Source: a virus | Taxonomy: Duplodnaviria > Heunggongvirae > Uroviricota > Caudoviricetes | Virus record (IMG/VR): IMGVR_UViG_3300028048_001599 | Length of the DNA stretch: 64,000 nucleotides | Strand: one strand, 5' to 3' | Part shown: in pieces, positions 50,127 to 59,061 of the stretch | Layout of the letters: every line of letters starts with the position of its first letter | Numbering within the stretch: the first letter of the stretch is position 1 | Program-made: the position numbers and the translations under genes | Notes under the pieces: model-generated | Databases searched by the model: none | What the model saw: the letters and a program-made list of their open reading frames with translations, nothing else | Told to the model about the DNA's origin: nothing

Positions 50127-50324
50127 GGGGTACTTTCAGAATCCGAAATAGCACATGCTCATTCAGATTTAGACATTAAGAACAAGCAAATTTGGTGTTA
50201 TCAAGAATATGCGGACAAGCCTATTGTTGTTTACATATTAGATAGTGGATTTGAGACGTTTATAGTTGATGCAAAGACCGGCAAGACTGTTAATAGTTGG
50301 TCTAACATAATGACAGAGAATTGA
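50127..50324 (+). pseudogene. startless gene fragment with a PepSY-like C-terminus
   Basis: 65 open codons (GVLSESE...FIVDAKTGKTV...TEN*) directly after the NTase stop; no suitable start or RBS. Confidence 0.5.
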
Positions 50325-50444
50325 TAGTAGTAATAAGCGGATTTTTATAATCACTTTCATAACTTATGTTACGTTATATACTGGTTTCACTTAAAAACCA
50401 AAAAATCGCACCATATTGGATAATAGGAAAAAGGGAGTGATATT

Positions 50445-51314
50445 ATGGCAAAACAACCTAACAAGTTATTCGTTCAAGAATTTAAGCAAATGATGACGGA
50501 CAGGTTCAATATGTACGGCACAGACAAAAGGTTTCTTATAAACAATCTTCCGTTACCGCATATAGCAAGTTTGAAACTTGATAAAGAAAATGGTGCTTAT
50601 GTAAAGGGTATATCTGAGCCTTACTTTGATAAATTGAATAAGACTGTTGTAAATGTTGAAAAAAGACAGGCTTGGACTAAAAAGGAGTACGATCAGTATG
50701 GTAAAGTACTTATGCGTAACGGTAAACCTGTCTTAAAGGATATTACAATTCCTATGGATAGTATTGTGGTTTCAACGACAGTCAATATAGAGTTGCCAAA
50801 TGTTAAGACTATTGGTGTGTCTAAACGTAAATATGTACCATCTGATGGTTATTTATATGTAGATTATGAAATCAAAAATGGGGTAAAAGTGTTCTATTAT
50901 GCTATTCCGAAGGTTTACGTATATAAGTTAAATTTGTGTGCATTAATTTTAACGAAAAACACGTATCGAAGAGCATATAAGGGGTATAAAATAGCTCTAC
51001 AGAATGGTTCTTATATCTACATTTATGTAATTCCATATAACCCAAATAGGGCTGTATCTTACCGATTATTAGGTATCAAAGCAAGTCCAAATTTCAACAA
51101 TGAAATAAAAACCATTGTTCAGTGGTGGCAGCGTCAGAACGTAACATTTAATTATGACTTATGTATGGTTGAAAACAATAACATAGCATATTCGTTCATA
51201 GATGGGGTAGTAAACGTTGACGACTATAAGCCTTATGGGGACTCAATGGGTGTTATATCTACAAACAATGAAGATAATGGTATACTAAATTCATTGGCTG
51301 AAAATGTTGGATAA
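50445..51314 (+). CDS. hypothetical basic protein
   Basis: 289 aa, RBS AAGGGAG. Confidence 0.8.
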   Translation: MAKQPNKLFVQEFKQMMTDRFNMYGTDKRFLINNLPLPHIASLKLDKENGAYVKGISEPYFDKLNKTVVNVEKRQAWTKKEYDQYGKVLMRNGKPVLKDITIPMDSIVVSTTVNIELPNVKTIGVSKRKYVPSDGYLYVDYEIKNGVKVFYYAIPKVYVYKLNLCALILTKNTYRRAYKGYKIALQNGSYIYIYVIPYNPNRAVSYRLLGIKASPNFNNEIKTIVQWWQRQNVTFNYDLCMVENNNIAYSFIDGVVNVDDYKPYGDSMGVISTNNEDNGILNSLAENVG

Positions 51315-51446
51315 ATATGTGTTTGTAGTTAGGGATTTTGTGCAAAACTTGCATCGTTGATGTAAATGGACTTAAAATCAATTACATCAATATGAATGAG
51401 TTTTTATTAAACCCTAATAATTATTTATAACAAAGGAGAAAGTGGT

Positions 51447-51857
51447 ATGCAAACTTATTTGTTGTCAGAGGGCATGTCATATAGGACATTGGTCTACAAT
51501 GGTGTTTCTATCCAATTTTCTATTATTGGTAAGGCACTTGTAATGAAGAAATATGACATAACGAGACCGCATAGTGGTTCTTTAAGTACGGTAAATGTGG
51601 TTTCATTACTAGAAGAACAGGGTGTAAACGAGGCTGAGGTAGCCGTATGTTTCGATAATTTTGAAGTTATCGGAAATGTAAAAGGTGAAGAACTTAGCAA
51701 GTTAAGAGATATTTTAGATTCTACTAAGGCTTGTTTCTTTGTGGGAAGACTTAATTCAAAAGTAAAGGACATTAACTATAAACAAACATTTTATATATTC
51801 AGACAAAATCAATTCAACAAAGATGACTTTAATAAATTAATGAGTGTAGGTGAATGA
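51447..51857 (+). CDS. hypothetical protein, possibly HIRAN-like
   Basis: FSIIG...VSLLEE..N..VAV....VIGNV...L..IL resembles the HIRAN pattern (weak). Confidence 0.45.
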   Translation: MQTYLLSEGMSYRTLVYNGVSIQFSIIGKALVMKKYDITRPHSGSLSTVNVVSLLEEQGVNEAEVAVCFDNFEVIGNVKGEELSKLRDILDSTKACFFVGRLNSKVKDINYKQTFYIFRQNQFNKDDFNKLMSVGE

Positions 51858-52920
51858 GATGGAAACATATTTACAGCATTTGAGAGGTTTAGCAAGTCGT
51901 AATGTACTTATAACAAATAGATATCCAGCTATGAAGGCTGAAAAACTGGATGACTTGTTCAAAAAATCAGTTCATCAAACAATGATAAAAGCAAGTTTGG
52001 GAGTTGACGAAACGAAGGACTTTGGTGGTGACTTGTATCTTGGGGGTAATACATTTAATGATAGTATGGTAAAACAATATATCAAGGAAATTCTTGATGA
52101 CTGTTATAGCTATCTTCAGGACATAAATGGTAAAGTTCTTTGGGACATGCCTCATATCTTTATAGCATCTTATGCACTTCAGTATAAATATGCAAGATTT
52201 CATGATAGCACTAAAGTATTAGCCGCTGGTCTTTTATTAAATTCTAAAGATATAGTTCCAACAATAGCTGCACTTTTGAAGAATAGGGGTAAGCGTATCA
52301 AACTCGGTTTTAATTACAGCACTTATGACTGTAAGAAATGCGATTATTCTAAAAAGTACATGATGTATTTAACGATTCCGAATGGTTATAATTGTTATTT
52401 ATATGAACCGCACAATATAGCACAGATTGCTTTTCTGATGACATTAGGAATGAATGTTAATGACGTTGGCAATTATATTGGTTCAAATAAAAATGGGTTA
52501 TTAATTGGTTCTATACCGCAATCTGTAGAGACATCGGTTAGTGATACGATTTTCAGAAATAGGGTATTAAAACTTGACGGTTTCTTCGGTAATCAGTTTT
52601 TAGACAGATATACTCAGGCTATTCGTAATAAGAATTTTATAGTCGAAGGGTACAATCCGTCGTTTTATTACTATGAATCAATTATCCCTACAATGTGTAA
52701 ATTGATGGATAGTGCATTCTATCAGGGGTATTTACATGATATAAACAGCAATTTAGACCTAACTGAAGAAGAATGTTTTATTAATTATATTACACCAACT
52801 TGTGTATCAGTATGTATAAGAAAAGACCTCGATGTAAACTATGTTTTACCGTCAGTCGTGAATAAATTAAGTATTGTAAATCCTGTAGTGGACTTTACAA
52901 ATGTATTGAATTACTGTTAA
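51850..52920 (+). CDS. hypothetical protein
   Basis: 356 aa, overlaps the previous gene. Confidence 0.75.
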   Translation: MNEMETYLQHLRGLASRNVLITNRYPAMKAEKLDDLFKKSVHQTMIKASLGVDETKDFGGDLYLGGNTFNDSMVKQYIKEILDDCYSYLQDINGKVLWDMPHIFIASYALQYKYARFHDSTKVLAAGLLLNSKDIVPTIAALLKNRGKRIKLGFNYSTYDCKKCDYSKKYMMYLTIPNGYNCYLYEPHNIAQIAFLMTLGMNVNDVGNYIGSNKNGLLIGSIPQSVETSVSDTIFRNRVLKLDGFFGNQFLDRYTQAIRNKNFIVEGYNPSFYYYESIIPTMCKLMDSAFYQGYLHDINSNLDLTEEECFINYITPTCVSVCIRKDLDVNYVLPSVVNKLSIVNPVVDFTNVLNYC

Positions 52921-52936
52921 AGGAGGGGGCGATGGT

Positions 52937-53356
52937 GTGATAGATAAAATCAAGTTTAAAATAGATAAACAAGGAACGGCAGGGGTAAAATTAAGTACCA
53001 ACGTTCGTAGACATCATGACGGAAGTTTGCGAATTGAAACATTGGTTTTTCTCAGTTCTAACGGTATGTTACAACCTATGAAAACTCATAATAACATATT
53101 TGTTCCGACAAATGACTTGACAAAACAGGTATATTTTCAGTTTGAACAAGTGAGTTTTATAGGTAAAGCCATTATAAATATAGGTACTAATGATGAATAT
53201 TTATCTATGGCTATATCTCAGGCTAACTACCAAAATTCGGCTATATCACCTAAAGGAAATAATGACGGTGATATTCTTATAACGTGGCAACCTATTCAGG
53301 TAACAGAACAAATTGAACAATTGGTTAAGCAGTTCTGTAAAACTTTTATATATTAA
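52937..53356 (+). CDS. hypothetical protein
   Basis: 139 aa, RBS AAGGAGG. Confidence 0.75.
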   Translation: MIDKIKFKIDKQGTAGVKLSTNVRRHHDGSLRIETLVFLSSNGMLQPMKTHNNIFVPTNDLTKQVYFQFEQVSFIGKAIINIGTNDEYLSMAISQANYQNSAISPKGNNDGDILITWQPIQVTEQIEQLVKQFCKTFIY

Positions 53357-53377
53357 ACTATAGAAAGATGGGGTATT

Positions 53378-55549
53378 ATGAATTTAAAAGATTTTGCACG
53401 TATATCTGTAAGTAAAGCACAGAATAAGGGTCAGAAGACATCGGTAAATGTAAAGGCGTTTGCATTTTATGGTGCTATGGCTGTAGGTTTCGCAGGAATA
53501 TTAGGGGGTATCGTATCGGGGTGTTCTCCAGCGGTAAACCCATCAAATGTAACTAATGACAATAATGCTAATTCTTCAAAACCTGCAACATCAGCTAATC
53601 AAACAGCTAATACTGAGGATTCTAAGGCATGGGATGAATTTGATAAATATGATGAGACTGCATATAGGGAATATATTACCAATCTTATCAAGTCTTACGA
53701 TAAGGATGCATCAGCACTTGAAGTGCAGGATGTTGTTAATTTTGCTGTGCAGCTTAATTTATTTACAACTCACGCTAATGCAGATTTACAATCTAAGTCT
53801 AATTTTGATGCTGATAAGGATTTATTGATACTTTCAAACAAAGCCGAGTCAATTATGCAAAAAGGTAATTCAGACGTTAAGAAAACTATTAGTGATAAGA
53901 ATATAACAGATAACTTGATGTCATTGAGTGAACAAATGAAAGTATGTAAGGTACTCACAGCTTCTCCGATTGAACTTGTAGAGGGTGCAACTGCTACAGT
54001 TTCAGTAAAAGCTCAACCTGCTAATGCGGAGCTTAACTTGGTATATTCTGTGAATAACTCAAGTGTAGCAACGGTGTCAGATAAGGGGGTAGTCAAAGGT
54101 GTAGCAAAGGGTTCAGCAGTACTAACAATCATTGATAAGAATACCGAAGTTTCAACACAGGTCAACATTAATGTTAAGGCTAAGACAGTTAAGGTTGACT
54201 CGGAAAAGAAAACAAATGATAATACGGAAAAGAAAACAAATGATAATACGGAAAAGAAAACAAATGATAATACGGAAAAGAAAACAAATGATGCATCAAC
54301 TAAGGAATCGGTTGACACATCAAATAAATCGGAGTCAAAACCTGCGTCTAAACCGAACACTACAACTCAAACTAAACCTACGACAACAAAAACAGAAACA
54401 AAACAAGCTCCCAAAATCACAGCCACCTCAGTAACGCTTGACATCAACAATCTCAACCTCACAGCAGGTGGTAGTAGAGAGCTTAACGCTTATGTTCACT
54501 ACAGTGACGGTTCTTCAAATTACTCTGGTATCACATGGTCATCTTCAAACTCAGGTGTAGCCACAGTAGACAGTTATGGTAACGTATATGCTCATTCAGC
54601 TGGTACAGCACAGATAACAGCGTCATACGGTAGTTTCAAAGCCTCATGTTCAATCACAGTAAAAGCAGCACAGCAATCGAAACCGCAGACTCAGTACACG
54701 TCTAACAACAATAACTCTGGCGGTAACTCAGGCGGTTCAAGCAGTAACAGTAGCAATAACGGTTCATCCAACAATGGTGGTTCAAGCAACAACAGTAACA
54801 ACAACGGTGGTTCATCCAACAATGGGGGTTCTAGCAACAATGGTGGTAGCACAACTAAGAAGCAGACCAACAACTCCGGTGGCAACTCAGGCGGAAGCTC
54901 AACCACCAAGAAGCAAACCAACAACGGCGGTAATAGTGGTGGCAACACCCAAACCAAGAAACAGCAGACAACATCGAAGAAATCAAACGACAACAGTCCA
55001 GTAGTAACAGAGGAATGGTTAAAAGCCAACTGTACAGCGGTCAAGACAAAGTTTGGAATAACAGTCTACGAAATACCACAGTTAGTCAACTATGTAAACG
55101 AGGAGCGAGTAAAGAACGGGGTAAACACCGTAACCTGGCGTCCCGATGTAAACAGAAACTATAATGATTTTATAAATTTTTTGAAACAAGAGAAGGCAGA
55201 CGCAGGTAATCCAGCTTTTTATCCTTATCTACAGCAAAATTACCCAGGTGCTTTTGATGATAATGGTAATATAATTTTAACAGAAGAAACATTTAACAAG
55301 AAGTTCAAACGAACAACAAATGAATTAGCAAACGAAACAGCCTACATTGCCACTCACGGCATCGGTCATGAATACGGTCGTGCTACGGTAAATGCTTCTT
55401 ATAATGAGGAAACAACCGTTAGGGAACTTGTAACTATATTGAAAGAGAGTGAAGCCCATTATTGGTGTTTGTGTGAGTCCACATCAATAGATCAATTATA
55501 TGCATGTATAGTAGATTATGGTGGTACATTATTTCTATCAGTGATATAA
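53378..55549 (+). CDS. putative lipoprotein with two Big_2 Ig-like domains, N/G/S linkers and a CAP-like C-terminal domain
   Basis: Lipobox IVSGC; SSVATVSDKGVV.GV..G and WSSSNSGVATVDSYG.V; YVNEERVKNG and LKES.AH. Confidence 0.8.
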   Translation: MNLKDFARISVSKAQNKGQKTSVNVKAFAFYGAMAVGFAGILGGIVSGCSPAVNPSNVTNDNNANSSKPATSANQTANTEDSKAWDEFDKYDETAYREYITNLIKSYDKDASALEVQDVVNFAVQLNLFTTHANADLQSKSNFDADKDLLILSNKAESIMQKGNSDVKKTISDKNITDNLMSLSEQMKVCKVLTASPIELVEGATATVSVKAQPANAELNLVYSVNNSSVATVSDKGVVKGVAKGSAVLTIIDKNTEVSTQVNINVKAKTVKVDSEKKTNDNTEKKTNDNTEKKTNDNTEKKTNDASTKESVDTSNKSESKPASKPNTTTQTKPTTTKTETKQAPKITATSVTLDINNLNLTAGGSRELNAYVHYSDGSSNYSGITWSSSNSGVATVDSYGNVYAHSAGTAQITASYGSFKASCSITVKAAQQSKPQTQYTSNNNNSGGNSGGSSSNSSNNGSSNNGGSSNNSNNNGGSSNNGGSSNNGGSTTKKQTNNSGGNSGGSSTTKKQTNNGGNSGGNTQTKKQQTTSKKSNDNSPVVTEEWLKANCTAVKTKFGITVYEIPQLVNYVNEERVKNGVNTVTWRPDVNRNYNDFINFLKQEKADAGNPAFYPYLQQNYPGAFDDNGNIILTEETFNKKFKRTTNELANETAYIATHGIGHEYGRATVNASYNEETTVRELVTILKESEAHYWCLCESTSIDQLYACIVDYGGTLFLSVI
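54201..54292 (+). repeat. 24-bp coding tandem repeat (EKKTNDNT, ~4 copies)
   Basis: CGGAAAAGAAAACAAATGATAATA x3 plus a partial copy. Confidence 0.95.
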
Positions 55550-55826
55550 AACTTTGGGGTATTTTCTATAGCTTTATAATCAAGATATGATGTTCAAGTT
55601 TTTTATTGGGATGAAATTTCAGAATAAAGAATATGATTATCGAAGCTGTGCTATTTTTATTGGTACAGCTTCTTAATTTTTTGTACTTTTTTATATAATA
55701 GATATAAGGAAAGTCCATATCAAGAGGGGTAATCCGTCCTTGATATAGGCTTTTTGAAAGAAAGTACTGACAATTAATCATTATGTGTGCAGTCTAAGCT
55801 GCAGTAACAGTTTAGACTGCGATTGA

Positions 55827-56054
55827 TTAAAGTTGCAAAACAGCTACTACAGATAAAATAAGAGCATACAAAATACATAAGCCAATTTTTACTTTGAGTC
55901 TTTTGTATACACTGCACCATTCACCTGTAAGTTCAGCTACCTGCATTTCATCATGTGTATCTCTTGCATCAGCTAATTTAAGGGACGTGCATATTAGCGA
56001 CACAAGCACATAAATCATTCCGATCAATGCACCACATAATAGGTTATAAAACAT
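55827..56054 (-). CDS. small two-TM membrane protein
   Basis: RBS AAAGGAG before the ATG at 56054, TTGACG-17-TATAAT promoter upstream, hairpin at 55789-55820 downstream. Confidence 0.75.
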   Translation of the reverse strand: MFYNLLCGALIGMIYVLVSLICTSLKLADARDTHDEMQVAELTGEWCSVYKRLKVKIGLCILYALILSVVAVLQL

Positions 56055-56190
56055 GGTCAGCACTCCTTTCTTTAGAATACACCTGCTGCAAACAAGTGTA
56101 TTTTTATTATAATATATTTTACTTATTTCGTCAAATTTCATTAGGCAAAAGCGCACGAGAAATTTCGTGCGCATGTTTACATTTTAATAT

Positions 56191-56290
56191 CTAAATATGT
56201 TTCAAAACCAGTATCAAAACTTCCTATTACATAGAAAAATAAAACAGTACATTGAATTATAATATTTATAAAAGGTAGTTATACAGAGGT
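56191..56290. repeat. ~100-bp direct repeat, copy 1 (copy 2 at 60771-60870)
   Basis: ATATGTTTCAAAACCAGTATCAAAACTTCCTATTACAT... is near-identical in both copies. Confidence 0.9.
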
Positions 56291-56363
56291 GATAATAAAA
56301 TTGAGTGGTTTATCAAAATATGATGATACTGTATTACTTGATATAGTAAATTTTGGTGCAGAA

Positions 56364-56597
56364 TTAGAAAGGATAAAATATGATGAGTATAAATATATAG
56401 ATTATTAGGGCTATTATACTTATGACTATGCGTTTTTTGTAAATCTTCTCAAAGGACTCTATATCAAGTGATTTTGTTGATTTCTTTATCATATAGATAC
56501 TTTTGATTATAAAAGCAATAGTTATGACAATTAAAGGTATCATTAGTAAAGATAATATTCCTGTAAAAATATTTATTACAAATGAAGGTATATACAT
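56364..56597 (-). CDS. small two-TM membrane protein
   Basis: 77 aa, RBS AAGGAG, TM-loop-YKKR-TM. Confidence 0.7.
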   Translation of the reverse strand: MYIPSFVINIFTGILSLLMIPLIVITIAFIIKSIYMIKKSTKSLDIESFEKIYKKRIVISIIALIIYIFILIIFYPF

Positions 56598-56624
56598 AAA
56601 AATTCTCCTTGCGTATATAATAGG

Positions 56625-56876
56625 GTGGTGACAGTTATGTTAAAAAAGATGATACAATCAGACAAATTATTTAACAAATTAGTAAGGTATATAACAATAT
56701 TTTTAATACCACTATATTTGGTATTATTTATAACTGGTATTGTAGCTTTATACTATTGTAGAACTATAAATGAATATTTATTTTTCATATTACCATTATT
56801 TGTTGTAACATTGAGTATGATAGGATTACTTATATACAATAGAAAGTATAGCATAAATAAATATAAAAAGCAATAA
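56625..56876 (+). CDS. small two-TM membrane protein
   Basis: 83 aa, hydrophobic, basic tail. Confidence 0.6.
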   Translation: MVTVMLKKMIQSDKLFNKLVRYITIFLIPLYLVLFITGIVALYYCRTINEYLFFILPLFVVTLSMIGLLIYNRKYSINKYKKQ

Positions 56877-56995
56877 ATTTAGAAACTAATACATTTGTAG
56901 TTCGCATAAAAGGGGTATTATGGCCTTAGCATTATTGATTACATTATTGATAGTATTAATACATAGAATAAAAAAGAGCTATTTTTAACCTAAAT

Positions 56996-58318
56996 GGGCA
57001 AGAAGTCCTCCACCTCTTAGGTGGAGGGATGAGTTGCTCGTCAGCCGCAAGGCTGACTTTTAGTTGACTTATGATTCCGTTTATGTTATCTTTGAGATAA
57101 AGAGGTGAGAGCAACATGAACAAAGCCTACAAATTCAGGATATACCCTAATGAAGAACAAAGAATACTGATAGCAAAGACATTTGGTTGTGTCAGATTTA
57201 TCTACAATAAGATGTTGGGTGACAAGATAGAATACTATCATCAGACACAGAAAAAACTGAATAATACTCCTGCACAGTATAAAACCGAATTTGAGTGGCT
57301 GAAAGAAGTAGATAGTCTTGCCCTTGCCAATGCGCAGATGAATTTGCAGGATGCATATAATAACTTTTTCCGAGATAAGAAAGTGGGTTTCCCTAAGTTC
57401 AAATCAAAAAAAGGCAGTAAAAGAAGTTATACAACTAATTGGGTAAATGGTAATATCATTGTTCGGGATGGTATGATAAGACTTCCGAAATTAGGTTTTG
57501 TCAAAATGAAACAACACAGAAACATACCCGATGATTACAAACTGAAATCTGTTACTGTAAGTCAGAACGCAGGCGGTAAATATTTCGCAAGTATTCTTTT
57601 TGAGTATGAAGAAGAAATCACAGAGAAAAAACTTGAAAGTTTTATCGGTCTGGATTTTTCTATGCACGAATTGTATGTTGACAGCAACGGTAATTGTCCA
57701 CAGTTTCCGAGATATTACAGATTATCCGAAAAGAAACTCAAAAAAGAACAAAGAAAGCTGTCGAAAATGGTGAAAGGTTCAAGAAACAGAGAAAAACAGC
57801 GTATCAAAGTTGCTAAACTGCATGAAAAGGTTGCCAACCAAAGAAAGGATTTTCTGCACAAGCAGTCAAGACAGATAGCCAATGTTTATGATTGTGTGTA
57901 TATTGAAAATCTGAATATGCGGGCTATGGCACAGTCACTGAATTTCGGTAAATCCGTTTCGGACAACGGTTGGGGAATGTTTACGGCATTTCTGAAATAC
58001 AAGTTAGAGGAACTCGGAAAAAGACTTGTAAAAATAGATAAGTTTTTTGCAAGTTCACAGATTTGCAGCGTATGCGGATATCAAAATCCCGATACAAAAA
58101 ATTTGTCTGTCAGAGAATGGATTTGTCCTTACTGTCAAACAAATCATAACAGAGATATAAACGCTGCTATAAACATACGAAATGAAGGTATGAGAATAGT
58201 ATTAGCGTAAAAAACAAAACAAGAACCGTGGGACACACGGGGTTAGCTCGTTGATACTGTATGGGTTACCATACTTGAGCGAGAAGCCCACACCTCTATA
58301 GGTGGGGGAGTATGTCAC
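56996..58318 (+). mobile_element. IS200/IS605-family (IS1341-like, tnpB-only) element
   Basis: Left-end hairpin CTCCACCTCTTAGGTGGAG and right-end hairpin CACCTCTATAGGTG ending ...TGTCAC. No tnpA. Left boundary approximate. Confidence 0.85.
57116..58210 (+). CDS. tnpB: IS605-type TnpB RNA-guided endonuclease
   Basis: AYKFRIYP, TFGCVRFIYN, GLDF, IENL, CSVC...CPYC and RDINAAINI; the catalytic D/E/D residues are intact. Confidence 0.95.
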   Translation: MNKAYKFRIYPNEEQRILIAKTFGCVRFIYNKMLGDKIEYYHQTQKKLNNTPAQYKTEFEWLKEVDSLALANAQMNLQDAYNNFFRDKKVGFPKFKSKKGSKRSYTTNWVNGNIIVRDGMIRLPKLGFVKMKQHRNIPDDYKLKSVTVSQNAGGKYFASILFEYEEEITEKKLESFIGLDFSMHELYVDSNGNCPQFPRYYRLSEKKLKKEQRKLSKMVKGSRNREKQRIKVAKLHEKVANQRKDFLHKQSRQIANVYDCVYIENLNMRAMAQSLNFGKSVSDNGWGMFTAFLKYKLEELGKRLVKIDKFFASSQICSVCGYQNPDTKNLSVREWICPYCQTNHNRDINAAINIRNEGMRIVLA

Positions 58319-58338
58319 TTCAAATGACATCGACAGAT
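58215..58338 (+). ncRNA. putative omegaRNA of the IS605 TnpB (guide approximately TTCAAATGACATCGACAGAT)
   Basis: CCGTG/CACGG and GCTCG/CGAG stems plus the terminal hairpin after tnpB; guide inferred 3' of TCAC. Confidence 0.65.
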
Positions 58339-58543
58339 CAACTCCTTAGGTGGCGATATTATGTTTATTAGAAGGTTTAGAGATTGGATAAAAGTTCAGA
58401 AGGTAAGAAAGCGCCATTATCATTAAGAATAATAGGTACAATTTTATGTATAATACAGTGATGTAAGTAGTTTGAGGGCATTCTTTTCTAAGTAATTTTC
58501 ATAAATCATGATTATCAGTATATATTTCATTGGGGGTGTAATA

Positions 58544-58867
58544 ATGAAGGAGTTTATAATGAAGCATTTAAATAGTATAGCAGACAAACTTATATTATTT
58601 TGTGAACATTGTGAATCAAGAGATAAAGCAAGGTCAGAATCCAAAACAAGAGCATGGTGTAGACAGCATAGAATTGGGGTAGTTATTGCATTACAATTGT
58701 TTAAACTCTGCATACTTATAAGCTGCATAGACATATTATTTTTACCGATTTCTTTTAGTATAAGACTTATAATATTATCATTTTACGGAATACTGGGAAT
58801 ATATGCAGCATACAGAGCAGAGAATGTAATAAACGATGTGAAAAACATAAAAACGAATAGGAAATAA
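58544..58867 (+). CDS. membrane protein
   Basis: ATG at 58544 after GGGGGTG; two C-terminal TMs. Confidence 0.6.
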   Translation: MKEFIMKHLNSIADKLILFCEHCESRDKARSESKTRAWCRQHRIGVVIALQLFKLCILISCIDILFLPISFSIRLIILSFYGILGIYAAYRAENVINDVKNIKTNRK

Positions 58868-59061
58868 AGTCAAGAATTGAGGTGAATTAGGTATGATAAG
58901 GAAGCTATTAAAAAGCATTATTGGTTTACTTACGCCATTTACATTATTACTTGTATCATTTATAGGGCTGAGAGTAGTATATAATAAAAATACTCCTGCT
59001 GCATACAGGTGTATTTATTATACTAGATTTTAATGATTTTGTCAAAAGAGGTGTATAAATA

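Noticed and set aside
54690-55549. Diversity-generating retroelement (AAC-rich tract near a surface-protein C-terminus)
   Set aside because: The AAC codons encode an N/G/S linker. There is no TR/VR pair and no reverse transcriptase in the window.
55550-55670. Shufflon-like alternative C-termini for the 53378 lipoprotein
   Set aside because: Only short, unconvincing peptide resemblance; no repeated crossover sites or recombinase were seen.
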